From Candidatus Limiplasma sp. (GTDB lineage Bacteria; Bacillota; Clostridia; Christensenellales; Aristaeellaceae), in assembly GCA_963678055.1 (NCBI GenBank), contig OY782679.1:1064717-1128716 (forward strand): a stretch of 64,000 bases of DNA, given 5' to 3'. The number at the start of each line of letters is the position of its first letter. The stretch's first letter is position 1. Positions 9,324 through 18,229 of the stretch are shown in pieces. The position numbers were made by a program, and so were the translations under genes. The notes beneath the pieces are model-generated. The model ran no database searches. It had not been told where the DNA came from and saw only the letters and a program-made list of their open reading frames with translations.

Positions 9324-10898
9324 ATGAAAACAATGGTGAAGCGTATCATAGCCCTTGGGTTGGTACTGCTCCTGTGCGCCGGCACGGCAGCTGCGCAAAC
9401 AGCAGAGGATGTGCATTTAACGGTACTGCAGAAGCTGGCAAAGCAACTGGATTTCGGCAGCGGCTTTGAGGGCACGCTGACCCTGACAGCCGATGCTGTG
9501 GAAGGCCGGGAGAGTGACGCTATCTCCACCATCATGCCCATCGTTATGGATGTTCGCTACATACAGCTGGCGGGCGGCGCAGAGCAGCCTGCGCAGTCGC
9601 GCTTGTCTTTGCTGCTCAACAATGGCGAGTATCAGCAAGGCAATATCGACCTGTCCATGCAGGACGGGGCGCTATATTTGCAAAGCTCGCTTCTGGATGA
9701 CCAATGGTATTTGGTCAGCAATGAGATACTACAGCCGCTGCTTACCTCCATCGGAGTGCAGGGCGACATGCAGACCCTTTCCCAGCTTGAACAGGCGACA
9801 GGCCAGCTTCCGGGGTTGTTTTCATTTATCTCCGGCATGACAACGGGCTTGATCAGCGCAAAGTCGGCCACCATGGATGCATCGCTGCAGGCGATGATGA
9901 CAGATATTGATTTCTGGCTGGAAGAACATCGCCAAACCATCGACACGGTGGAGCTGGATAACGAGATACCGGCCATGGAGGCGACCTATCGCATTCCGCC
10001 GGAGGCTGTAAAAGCAAAGCTGAAACAGCTAATTACCGATCTGCTGGGCGATGAAAAACTGCTGACAGCTGTATCGGTTATGCTCAATGACCAACAGGCG
10101 GCGCTGTACCTGGAGCCTGATTTGATTCCTTACTATATGTATGCGGTGGATGGGCTGCCGCTGGAAGGCGACCTGGTTATCAACCGTGTGGCAAGCTGGG
10201 AAGACGAAATGGACAAAACACAGATTATCATGCCGCTGTATGACAGCGTGACCGGATCGTCCACGTTGACCTATACCCGCTCGCAGGATGGGGTGGATGT
10301 GCCCTTCCATAATGTGTTGGGGCTTGAAAGCGCCGACAGCTATATGGAGCTTAGCTTTGACGACAGCATGCCTGCTGACGAGGAAACCGTGAACCGTGGC
10401 ACCATTTTGATGAAGAACAAGCAAGCCGACGGGAGCCCTGCGCCCATCTACTGGGCGGCGTTTACGCTGAGCACGCAATCAAAAACCACCAAAGACCTAA
10501 ACAGCTATGAAACGCAGTATGAAACCATACAGTTTACACTATCGCCTGCACCGATCCCGGACGGTGAAGATGCTTCCGCCTATGCCGTGATTCCGGAAAC
10601 GAACATCGCTCTGGATATGAAGCTGGCCACCCGCGCCACCAAAACCTCGCCGACTACGGCGGATATGACGCTGACAATCTCCGGCAGTGCGATGGCCCAA
10701 ACGGTTACGCTTTCACTTTCTGGCGCAACCGATGCGAAGTGGACCCCCGTTTCCTTTGCTACGGAAACAGCCACGGACCTGATTCATATGGCACAGGAAG
10801 ATTTGCAGTCGCTGCTATCCCGCGTTGTCGTCAAAGGCGGTCTGCTGTTTTTACCCTATATCAACCTGCCGCAGATTACCGATGCTCCGGGCCAATAG
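9324..10898 (+). CDS. Secreted protein of unknown function (paralog 2)
   Basis: Start chosen at MKTMVKRIIALGLVLLLCAGTAAAQ (GGGAGG 6 nt upstream); the tracked ORF starts at 9255. It has a signal peptide, a similar length to the previous ORF and shared local motifs with it. Confidence 0.7.
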   Translation: MKTMVKRIIALGLVLLLCAGTAAAQTAEDVHLTVLQKLAKQLDFGSGFEGTLTLTADAVEGRESDAISTIMPIVMDVRYIQLAGGAEQPAQSRLSLLLNNGEYQQGNIDLSMQDGALYLQSSLLDDQWYLVSNEILQPLLTSIGVQGDMQTLSQLEQATGQLPGLFSFISGMTTGLISAKSATMDASLQAMMTDIDFWLEEHRQTIDTVELDNEIPAMEATYRIPPEAVKAKLKQLITDLLGDEKLLTAVSVMLNDQQAALYLEPDLIPYYMYAVDGLPLEGDLVINRVASWEDEMDKTQIIMPLYDSVTGSSTLTYTRSQDGVDVPFHNVLGLESADSYMELSFDDSMPADEETVNRGTILMKNKQADGSPAPIYWAAFTLSTQSKTTKDLNSYETQYETIQFTLSPAPIPDGEDASAYAVIPETNIALDMKLATRATKTSPTTADMTLTISGSAMAQTVTLSLSGATDAKWTPVSFATETATDLIHMAQEDLQSLLSRVVVKGGLLFLPYINLPQITDAPGQ

Positions 10899-10945
10899 GC
10901 CCGCAGAGTGTGGGCGGTAAGTACAAGCAAAGTACAAACTTTATC

Positions 10946-10974
10946 TTGACACCTTGTAAGGTCTACGGTATACT
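10946..10974 (+). promoter_or_regulatory. Sigma-A type promoter of glnN
   Basis: TTGACA (10946-10951) - 17 nt - TATACT (10969-10974). Confidence 0.7.
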
Positions 10975-11088
10975 CCGCTATATACAGCAACGGCGCTGAG
11001 GATTCTTTTGTGTGTCCATCGGTGTCGTTTTTGTTTATTCTCTGCAGCGCAGGCTGCAATCCATCATATCAGGAGGTATCGCTACGTG

Positions 11089-13173
11089 ATGAACTCATGC
11101 GAACGGTTCGGGGAAAGTGTATTCAATGATGCAGTAATGCAGAAACGTCTCCCCAAAGAAACCTACAAAGCCCTCAAACGTACCATCGAGGGGGGGCAAT
11201 CGCTTGATCCGGAAATCGCGGGCGTTGTTGCCAACGCGATGAAAGACTGGGCCATGGAAATGGGTGCGACCCATTACACGCACTGGTTCCAGCCGATGAC
11301 CGGCATTACTGCCGAAAAACACGATTCTTTCATCAAGCCCAAGGGCGACGGCAGCGTCATTATGGAATTCTCAGGCAAAGAGCTCGTCCAGGGCGAACCG
11401 GATGCAAGCTCCTTCCCCAGCGGCGGCATTCGTGCAACGTTCGAAGCTCGCGGCTATACTGCGTGGGACCCCACCAGCTACGCCTTCATTAAAGATGGCA
11501 GCTTGTGCATCCCCACTGCGTTTTGCAGCTACGGCGGCGAAGCGCTGGATAAGAAAACCCCGCTGCTGCGCTCCATGCAGGCCCTTAACAAGCAGGCGCT
11601 GCGCGTGCTGAAATTCTTTGGCAACGAAGATGTGAAGCGCGTATATCCCACAACTGGCCCCGAACAGGAATACTTCCTGATCGATAAAGAAGACTTTAAA
11701 AAACGTCCTGACCTGATCACCACCGGCCGTACGCTGTTTGGCGCACCGTCCTCCAAAGGTCAGGAACTGGAAGATCACTACTTCGGCGCGATTCGTACCC
11801 GCGTATCCGGCTTCATGAAAGAGCTGAACGAAGAGCTGTGGAAGCTTGGCGTGTACAGCAAGACCGAGCATAACGAAGTGGCTCCCGCCCAGCACGAAAT
11901 GGCCCCGGTGTTCACCATTGTAAACGTCGGCGCCGACCACAACCAGCTGGCCATGGAAGTCATGAAGCGCGTTGCCGACAAGCACGGCCTGACCTGCCTG
12001 CTGCATGAGAAACCCTTTGCGGGCGTCAACGGCTCGGGCAAGCACAACAACTATTCCCTGTCCACCGATACCGGCATGAACCTGCTGGATCCGGGCGACA
12101 CCCCCAACGAAAATGCGCAGTTCCTGTTGTTCCTGGCCGCGGTAATCCAGTCAGTGGACAATTATCAAGATCTGCTCCGCGTCTCCATCGCGTCTGCTGG
12201 CAATGACCACCGCTTGGGCGCTAATGAAGCCCCGCCGGCCATCATTTCCATGTTCCTTGGCGATGAGCTGACGGCCGTGATTGATTCCATCGTCAGCGAG
12301 TGCGCGTACGACTGCCACGAGCGTGAAAGCATGCTGCTGGGCGTGGATGTACTACCGGCCTTCCCCAAAGATAACACCGACCGCAACCGCACCTCGCCGT
12401 TTGCGTTCACAGGCAACAAGTTCGAGTTCCGCAGCCTTGGCTCCTCGCAGTCCATCTCCGGCCCGAACACGAACCTGACCACTGCCCTTGCCGAAAGCCT
12501 TTGCCAGTTTGCAGATGAGCTGGAAAAAGCCGACGATTTCACAACGGCGCTCAACGATCTCATTCGCCGCGTGCTCAGCGAGCACAAGCGCATCATCTTC
12601 AATGGCAACAACTATGCGCCTGAATGGGTTGAAGAAGCCGAAAAGCGCGGGCTGCTAAACCTTCGCTCCACTGTGGATGCCACCCCCTACTACATTCATG
12701 AGAAAAACATCGCGCTCTTTACCAAGCACGGCATTTTCTCTGAAACGGAAATGCACAGCCGCTATGAAATCCGGCTGGAGAAGTACATCAAAGTCATCAA
12801 CATTGAGGCGATGTGCATGTCCAACATGGCACACACGCTGATTCTCCCGGCGGCGATTACCTACAGCAAGGAAGTTGCCAAAACCGCCCTGGCCAAGCAA
12901 AGCGTTTCCGATTCCATTTCCGTGGATGCTGAAACCGCACTGCTTTCAAAGCTCGGCGAGCATACCAAGGCGCTGTCCGTCGCGCTGGATGCACTGGACA
13001 AAGCCATTGCCGGTCAGGATGAATCCATCGATGTGCTGGACCAGGCAAAGTATTCTAATCAGACCCTGATCGCCGCCATGAATGAGGTACGCAGTCACGG
13101 CGACGCACTGGAGAGCATCGTAGCCAAGAAATACTGGCCGCTGCCCACCTATCAGGACATCCTGTTCTATTAA
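11089..13173 (+). CDS. glnN: Glutamine synthetase type III
   Basis: About 694 aa from [30 protein letters not shown], with an AGGAGG SD upstream. The length and the blocks ([61 protein letters not shown]) are typical of GS-III. Confidence 0.9.
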   Translation: MNSCERFGESVFNDAVMQKRLPKETYKALKRTIEGGQSLDPEIAGVVANAMKDWAMEMGATHYTHWFQPMTGITAEKHDSFIKPKGDGSVIMEFSGKELVQGEPDASSFPSGGIRATFEARGYTAWDPTSYAFIKDGSLCIPTAFCSYGGEALDKKTPLLRSMQALNKQALRVLKFFGNEDVKRVYPTTGPEQEYFLIDKEDFKKRPDLITTGRTLFGAPSSKGQELEDHYFGAIRTRVSGFMKELNEELWKLGVYSKTEHNEVAPAQHEMAPVFTIVNVGADHNQLAMEVMKRVADKHGLTCLLHEKPFAGVNGSGKHNNYSLSTDTGMNLLDPGDTPNENAQFLLFLAAVIQSVDNYQDLLRVSIASAGNDHRLGANEAPPAIISMFLGDELTAVIDSIVSECAYDCHERESMLLGVDVLPAFPKDNTDRNRTSPFAFTGNKFEFRSLGSSQSISGPNTNLTTALAESLCQFADELEKADDFTTALNDLIRRVLSEHKRIIFNGNNYAPEWVEEAEKRGLLNLRSTVDATPYYIHEKNIALFTKHGIFSETEMHSRYEIRLEKYIKVINIEAMCMSNMAHTLILPAAITYSKEVAKTALAKQSVSDSISVDAETALLSKLGEHTKALSVALDALDKAIAGQDESIDVLDQAKYSNQTLIAAMNEVRSHGDALESIVAKKYWPLPTYQDILFY

Positions 13174-13231
13174 ACCGGCGGATACAATCCGCATTGAGCC
13201 CACAAGGATGTGACGCTCAACCCTAATCGAT

Positions 13232-13323
13232 AAAAAACAAGCCGTCATGTGTTCGGCCTTGGGCAATGCCCAACCGTCACCGGTCATCGCTCAAAGACGA
13301 GTGCATGATAGGCTTGGTTTTTT
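13232..13323 (+). terminator. Long A/U-flanked imperfect hairpin: glnN terminator and/or attenuator of the amt-PII gene
   Basis: AAAAAACAAGCCGTCATG (13232-13249) pairs with CATGATAGGCTTGGTTTTTT (13304-13323), with one bulge and one G-U pair. This encloses about 54 nt that include the hairpin TTGGGC-aat-GCCCAA. The U-run ends only about 11 nt before the amt SD. Confidence 0.55.
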
Positions 13324-13349
13324 ATATTGAAAATCAAGGAGGAGAGACA

Positions 13350-15128
13350 ATGCATTTGCTCGTAACAATGGCTACGGATGTAGCAGCCGAGGTAGCGACT
13401 CAGGCGACGAATATCGCATCTCTGGTTTCGGCGGTTGATACTGTATGGGTGCTGTTCGCCACAGCGCTGGTCTTCCTGATGCAGGCAGGCTTTGCCATGG
13501 TAGAGGCAGGCTTCACCCGCGCCAAAAACGCCGGTAACATCATCATGAAGAACCTGATGGATTTCTCCATCGGCGCAGTCGTTTACTGGATCATCGGTTA
13601 CTCGCTGATGTTCGGCCAGAGCAACGGGTTTGTCGGCGCTATCGACCTGTTTGTTGCTAACGCATCTTCATCAGACCCGAACATGTTCACTTTCCTGATG
13701 TTCCAAACCGTGTTCGCAGCGACGGCAGCCACCATCGTCAGCGGCGCGATGGCAGAACGTACCAAGTTTGTCAGCTATTGTTTATACTCACTGATCATTA
13801 GTGCCATTGTGTACCCGATCTCCGGCGGCTGGGTTTGGAATGCCGACGGCTGGCTGTTCCAGATGGGTTACATCGACTTTGCAGGTTCCACGGTTGTGCA
13901 CATGGTCGGTGGTGTCGCCGGTCTGGTCGGCGCAATCATCCTTGGGCCCCGCATTGGCAAGTACGGCAAAGACAAGAAGCCCCGCGCCATCCTCGGCCAC
14001 AGCATTACGCTGGGTGCCCTGGGCGTGTTCCTGCTGTGGTTTGGCTGGTTCGGATTCAACCCCGGTTCCACGCTTTCTGCAACCGGTGACAACACCACGG
14101 CGATTGGTTCCATCTTTATGACCACCAACCTGGCGGCGGCAGCGGCAGCTTGTACCACGATGCTGTTTACCTGGTTCCGTTATAAGAAGCCTGACGTATC
14201 CATGACCCTCAACGGCGCGTTGGCCGGCCTGGTTGCCATCACCGCGGGCTGTGCGTCGGTCAATCCCTTCGGCGCTCTGATGATTGGTATCATCGCTGGT
14301 TTCGCCGTAGTGTTCGGCGTAGAATTGCTGGACAAAGTCCTCAAGATCGACGATCCGGTTGGCGCGGTTGCTGTTCACGGTATCTGCGGCGCACTGGGCA
14401 CACTGTTGGTTGGCTTCTTCGCAACTGACGGCGGCGTGTTCTACGGCGGCGGCTGGAGCCTTCTGGGCGTGCAGGCCACCGGTGTTGTGGCTATCGCAGC
14501 GTGGGTTGCCGTGACCATGACCATCGTATTCCTTTTGATCAAACATACCATCGGCCTGCGCGTGACTGCTGCAGAAGAAATCCGTGGTTTGGATATCGAA
14601 GAGCACGGCCTGGCCAGCGCTTATGCGGACTTCATGCTCCCCATGAGCCGTGGCGAAATCCCTCTGGGTGACGAAGTGGATATCCCGCAGGAAGCCGCTC
14701 CCGTGGAGAAGGCTGTTCCTGTCATGGTTTCCAAGGAAAAGAAAGTTGTCGACGACACTGCGGCCGACGGCAAGAAGATGACCAATGTTGTGATCATCAC
14801 CAAGCAGTCCAAGTTCGAAGCCCTCAAGGCAGCGATGGACGAAATCGGCGTGACCGGCATGACAGTGACCCAGGTTCTGGGCTGCGGCATGCAGAAGGGT
14901 CGTCCGGAATACTACCGTGGCGTCGAAATGGAAACCAATCTCCTGCCCAAGATTCAGGTCGAGCTCGTGGTTTGCAAAATCCCCGTGCGCACTGTAATCG
15001 AAGCGGCGAAGACCGCCCTGTACACCGGCCACATCGGCGATGGCAAGATCTTCGTTTACGACGTAGAGAATGTAATCAAAGTCCGTACCGGCGAAGAGGG
15101 TTACGAAGCCCTGCAGGATGTTGAGTAA
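13350..15128 (+). CDS. amt: Ammonium transporter (Amt/Mep) fused to a C-terminal PII (GlnB/GlnK) signal-transduction domain
   Basis: Start at MHLLVTMATD (AAGGAGG SD). The Amt core contains AGFAMVEAGF, DFAGSTVVHMVGG, LGALGVFLLWFGWFGFNPGS and AVHGICGALGTL. A linker of about 50 aa follows. A complete PII domain then runs from about 14778 (MTNVVIITKQSKFEALKAAMDEIGVTGMTVTQVLGCGMQKGRPEYYRGVEM...YTGHIGDGKIFVYDVENVIKVRTGEEG). Confidence 0.9.
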   Translation: MHLLVTMATDVAAEVATQATNIASLVSAVDTVWVLFATALVFLMQAGFAMVEAGFTRAKNAGNIIMKNLMDFSIGAVVYWIIGYSLMFGQSNGFVGAIDLFVANASSSDPNMFTFLMFQTVFAATAATIVSGAMAERTKFVSYCLYSLIISAIVYPISGGWVWNADGWLFQMGYIDFAGSTVVHMVGGVAGLVGAIILGPRIGKYGKDKKPRAILGHSITLGALGVFLLWFGWFGFNPGSTLSATGDNTTAIGSIFMTTNLAAAAAACTTMLFTWFRYKKPDVSMTLNGALAGLVAITAGCASVNPFGALMIGIIAGFAVVFGVELLDKVLKIDDPVGAVAVHGICGALGTLLVGFFATDGGVFYGGGWSLLGVQATGVVAIAAWVAVTMTIVFLLIKHTIGLRVTAAEEIRGLDIEEHGLASAYADFMLPMSRGEIPLGDEVDIPQEAAPVEKAVPVMVSKEKKVVDDTAADGKKMTNVVIITKQSKFEALKAAMDEIGVTGMTVTQVLGCGMQKGRPEYYRGVEMETNLLPKIQVELVVCKIPVRTVIEAAKTALYTGHIGDGKIFVYDVENVIKVRTGEEGYEALQDVE

Positions 15129-15147
15129 GACTCATTAACACGATAAA

Positions 15148-15175
15148 GAAGGAGCCGCAAGGCTCCTTCTTTTTT
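15148..15175 (+). terminator. Rho-independent terminator of amt-PII
   Basis: AGAAGGAGCC-gcaa-GGCTCCTTCT followed by TTTTT. Confidence 0.85.
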
Positions 15176-15213
15176 ATGTCGCTATCCGTAAACGGAATAA
15201 GGTAACTTTGTGC

Positions 15214-16035
15214 TTAGTCCATTCGAAACCACACATACGCCGATGTCTCAGCTAAGTCATAGTCCCTCAGAAAATAGCCGTCCAGATCAAAATAGTAATG
15301 ATCATAATTCTGTGTAAACAGGTGATGTGGGGTATCATGCTGGGGCACACCGACAATCGCGACAGCCACGCCGCCGTCGGTAGTGAGGCAGTCCAGGCCG
15401 TTTTCATCAATGTAATCCTGGTAGCGCTGTGCATAGGGCGGACACAGGCCGCAGTGCACCACCAGGGGGTATTGCAGGTAGTCGGCAAGCTCAGGTGCGG
15501 ATTTTGCCGTATAGCCATAATCGGCCAAGGTGCCGATGTACATCATGATATGATAGCCGCCAGCGCTGGTAACCAGAAAGTCGCCGACCGCGAGCGTGTT
15601 ATGGAGTTCATCTACGGGGACTTCTTTTAGTTTCAGCTGGTTTTCCTTGTACAGGCCGCGGTTTGCAATCATTTGGTCCAGCGGCCCGTGCTGGGGCTTG
15701 CCGGATTGAAAGTTAATCCAATTGGTAAAGCCGTTGCAGTCAAAGCCATACAGGTATTTTTGACCTTTGACAAAGTTCTTTGTGGTCTCCAGAGCATACC
15801 ATGGTAAGAGCAGATTATCTTCATCCCGGCCGCCAAACATATACGGAAGTCCCAGCGGAAAGCGCGCTTCTATTTGCGCGCCGGCCAGCTCGTTGTAGCG
15901 CGCAAGAAACGGGTTGCCTTCTTCCAGCATTGAAAACGCGGCATTGAGCTCCAGCCGCCACTGTACCTGCGCGGAAGCGGAAGGGACGCACAAAACAAGC
16001 GTCAATAGAATACAGACGATAAGCAATCGTTTCAT
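15214..16035 (-). CDS. Secreted NlpC/P60 (C40) family cell-wall hydrolase
   Basis: Signal peptide MKRLLIVCILLTLVLCVPSASA. Catalytic Cys context YGFDCNGFTNWI and His context GGYHIMMYIG. Confidence 0.75.
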   Translation of the reverse strand: MKRLLIVCILLTLVLCVPSASAQVQWRLELNAAFSMLEEGNPFLARYNELAGAQIEARFPLGLPYMFGGRDEDNLLLPWYALETTKNFVKGQKYLYGFDCNGFTNWINFQSGKPQHGPLDQMIANRGLYKENQLKLKEVPVDELHNTLAVGDFLVTSAGGYHIMMYIGTLADYGYTAKSAPELADYLQYPLVVHCGLCPPYAQRYQDYIDENGLDCLTTDGGVAVAIVGVPQHDTPHHLFTQNYDHYYFDLDGYFLRDYDLAETSAYVWFRMD

Positions 16036-16103
16036 TAGTGGCCTCCAAAGCTTTTGTTTTGGCTATTATAACAGGAGGAAGCAAGCATGCACAACCCTGC
16101 ACG

Positions 16104-17351
16104 TTATTTAAAATAGGGCTCGGGGTGGACGATGTGTTCATCCTCCGGGTTGATGCGCCCAAGCGCCCGGTCGTAGTGCATGATGGCGCGCTGGATGGCA
16201 AAGTAGCCGTAGCGTTTGCGGATACCGTCGATGGTGTATTCAAGAATCTGTCGCCTCTGGCGAGCGGCATCCTCTGGCAGGAAGGAAAGCTGCAATAGCT
16301 TACCGGCGGGGGACAGGCGGCTGACGCTGACACCCAGGGAGCGCAGGGGCGTGCCTTCCTGCCAGTTTTCCAGCACCAGACCGTAGGCGGACTCAAAAAG
16401 ATCAATGCTGCAATCGGTTTCAAAGGAAAGGGTTTGCTGCCGCTGAAACCAGTCCAGCGTTTTGGCATCGCGGATGGATACCTGCACCACGCGCCCGGTA
16501 AACCCGTGCTTGCGCATGCGCGAGGCCACGCTTTCGCACAGGCCGTACAGGGTAATGCGCAAATCGTAAACCGTGATGATATCGTGCGCGGTGGTAATGG
16601 AGTTGCCCACGCTTTTCATTTTCACGGGCGTGTCCTCGGCGATCACCGCGGCGGCATCGTCCCCCCGGGCAAATCCTGAGAGCATGAGCCCTGGTTTGCC
16701 AAACATGGCTTTTAGGGCAGTAGGGTCCACAGCGGCCAGCTGTCCCACGGTGTAGATACCGATATTGTTCAGCTTGCGGGATGTGGCCCGGCCGATGAAC
16801 AATAGCGCGTTCACCGGCAGCGGGTCCAGTACACTGGCGCGGTTTTCGTTGCAGACGACACTGACGCCGTCGGGCTTTTTCAGGTCGCTGCCGAGCTTGG
16901 CGAAGATACGGTTATCGCCGACCCCCACGCTGATGGTCAGGCCCGTTTCCTCCCGCACGGCATGGCGCAGGTGGTTGGCAATGGAAAGCCCGTCGCGAAT
17001 TTCCACGCGTGGCCCGCTTACATCCAGCCAGGCCTCGTCCACGCCGAAGGGCTGTACGCGGTTGGTATAGCGGGAGAAAATCCCCCGCACGGTCTGGCTG
17101 TATTTGAGCACTGTTTCGAAATTCGGGCTAATGGCTTGCAGGTTCGGGCAGCTTTGCCTGGCCTGCCATATGGCCTGCCCGGTAATCACGCCCTGGCGCT
17201 TGGCAACCATGTTTTTGGCCAGCACAATGCCGTGCCTAAGTTCCGGATCGCCGCAGACGGCCACGGGAACCTCACGCAGTTCCGGGCGTTCCAGGCACGC
17301 CACAGAGGCGTAAAAATTGTTCAGGTCGGCATGCAGTACCACACGGCTCAT
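16104..17351 (-). CDS. dinB: DNA polymerase IV (Y-family translesion polymerase)
   Basis: MSRVVLHADLNNFYASVACLERPELREVPVAVCGD...FGVDEAWLDVS...SVGVGDNRIFAKLGSDLKKPDG. Start set at the ATG at 17351 (GGAAGAGG SD) rather than the GTG at 17369. LexA boxes lie upstream. Confidence 0.9.
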   Translation of the reverse strand: MSRVVLHADLNNFYASVACLERPELREVPVAVCGDPELRHGIVLAKNMVAKRQGVITGQAIWQARQSCPNLQAISPNFETVLKYSQTVRGIFSRYTNRVQPFGVDEAWLDVSGPRVEIRDGLSIANHLRHAVREETGLTISVGVGDNRIFAKLGSDLKKPDGVSVVCNENRASVLDPLPVNALLFIGRATSRKLNNIGIYTVGQLAAVDPTALKAMFGKPGLMLSGFARGDDAAAVIAEDTPVKMKSVGNSITTAHDIITVYDLRITLYGLCESVASRMRKHGFTGRVVQVSIRDAKTLDWFQRQQTLSFETDCSIDLFESAYGLVLENWQEGTPLRSLGVSVSRLSPAGKLLQLSFLPEDAARQRRQILEYTIDGIRKRYGYFAIQRAIMHYDRALGRINPEDEHIVHPEPYFK

Positions 17352-17393
17352 AGAAAAAACCTCTTCCACAGCAAAATGCAGAAACGATAAAAG

Positions 17394-17441
17394 AGAACAA
17401 ACGTTCCCTATAATTATACAAACGAATGTTCGGTTTTACAA
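17394..17441 (-). promoter_or_regulatory. dinB promoter with two Cheo-type LexA boxes
   Basis: The reverse-strand promoter is TTGTAA (plus 17436-17441) - 17 nt - TATAAT (plus 17413-17418). Box 2, CAAACGAATGTTCG (17419-17432), fills the spacer and is 13/14 to CGAAC-N4-GTTCG. Box 1, AGAACAAACGTTCC (17394-17407), has an intact GAAC-N4-GTTC core and overlaps the predicted start site. Confidence 0.7.
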
Positions 17442-17572
17442 GCGCTAGATGTGGGTGCGCGGTCGCCTGCGGTGCACATTCCCTAGTCGGTGGCCGCCTG
17501 CGCGGCAGGGAAACGGGTATGGAATCAAGAAACACTGTCTATCGAATGAAATCAAACTGCGAGGTACACTGT

Positions 17573-18133
17573 ATGGACACTCCCGTGGATGTATCGGCGA
17601 TTCAAATCAACACAGATAGGTTGGTTCTGCGCCCGCTCGCGCTGGACGATCTTGCGGATTTTTATGCCTATGCCTCTGTGCCGGGCGTGGGTGAAATGGC
17701 GGGGTGGAAGCACCATCAGTCCATGGAGGAATCGGCTGTCATTCTACAGTCGATGGTGAAGAAGCGGGAGGTATTGGCCATCGTTCATAAGGCTGATGGC
17801 AAGATGATCGGCACGATCGGGCTGCATCCGGCATCGAAAACGGATGCGGAGCACTTTCCCCGCTGTCGCATGCGCGAAATGGGGTATGTGCTCTCCAAAG
17901 CCTACTGGGGCCAGGGCCTGATGCCGGAAGCCGTGCGTGCGCTAATCCAATACAGTTTTGAAACCTTGAAGCTTGATGCGCTGGTTTGCTGTCACTTTGC
18001 AGAGAATAGCCAGTCGCGCCGTGTGATCGAGAAATGCGGGTTCCGTTTTTTCAGGAGCGGTACCTATGTGTCTGAGAGCTTACAAAAGACCTTCGAGGAT
18101 CGGTGCTATCGTATCCTGGCGGAGGAACGCTAA
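17573..18133 (+). CDS. GNAT family N-acetyltransferase (RimJ/RimL-like)
   Basis: Start at MDTPVDVSAIQINTDRLVLRPLALDD. It has the typical RimJ-like N-terminus and an acetyl-CoA motif region (YWGQGLMPEAVRALIQYSF, NSQSRRVIEKCGF). Confidence 0.75.
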   Translation: MDTPVDVSAIQINTDRLVLRPLALDDLADFYAYASVPGVGEMAGWKHHQSMEESAVILQSMVKKREVLAIVHKADGKMIGTIGLHPASKTDAEHFPRCRMREMGYVLSKAYWGQGLMPEAVRALIQYSFETLKLDALVCCHFAENSQSRRVIEKCGFRFFRSGTYVSESLQKTFEDRCYRILAEER

Positions 18134-18150
18134 AGGGATATCCGGTGTAT

Positions 18151-18187
18151 AAAAAAGAAGCAGCTTGATGGCTGCTTCTTTGCTTTA
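18151..18187. terminator. Bidirectional rho-independent terminator between the convergent GNAT and mfd genes
   Basis: AAGAAGCAGC-ttgatg-GCTGCTTCTT, flanked by an A-run upstream and a T-rich tract downstream. Confidence 0.75.
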
Positions 18188-18229
18188 TTGCGATATGCGG
18201 AGGAAAGCCTGTTGTATTGCTACACTATA

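Noticed and set aside
10899-11088. A glutamine riboswitch, T-box or TnrA/GlnR box in the glnN leader, and likewise at 13174-13349.
   Set aside because: I could not find the conserved glnA-motif sequence, a T-box sequence, or TGTNA-N7-TNACA. Only a small hairpin (TGCAGC-gcag-GCTGCA) is present in the glnN leader.
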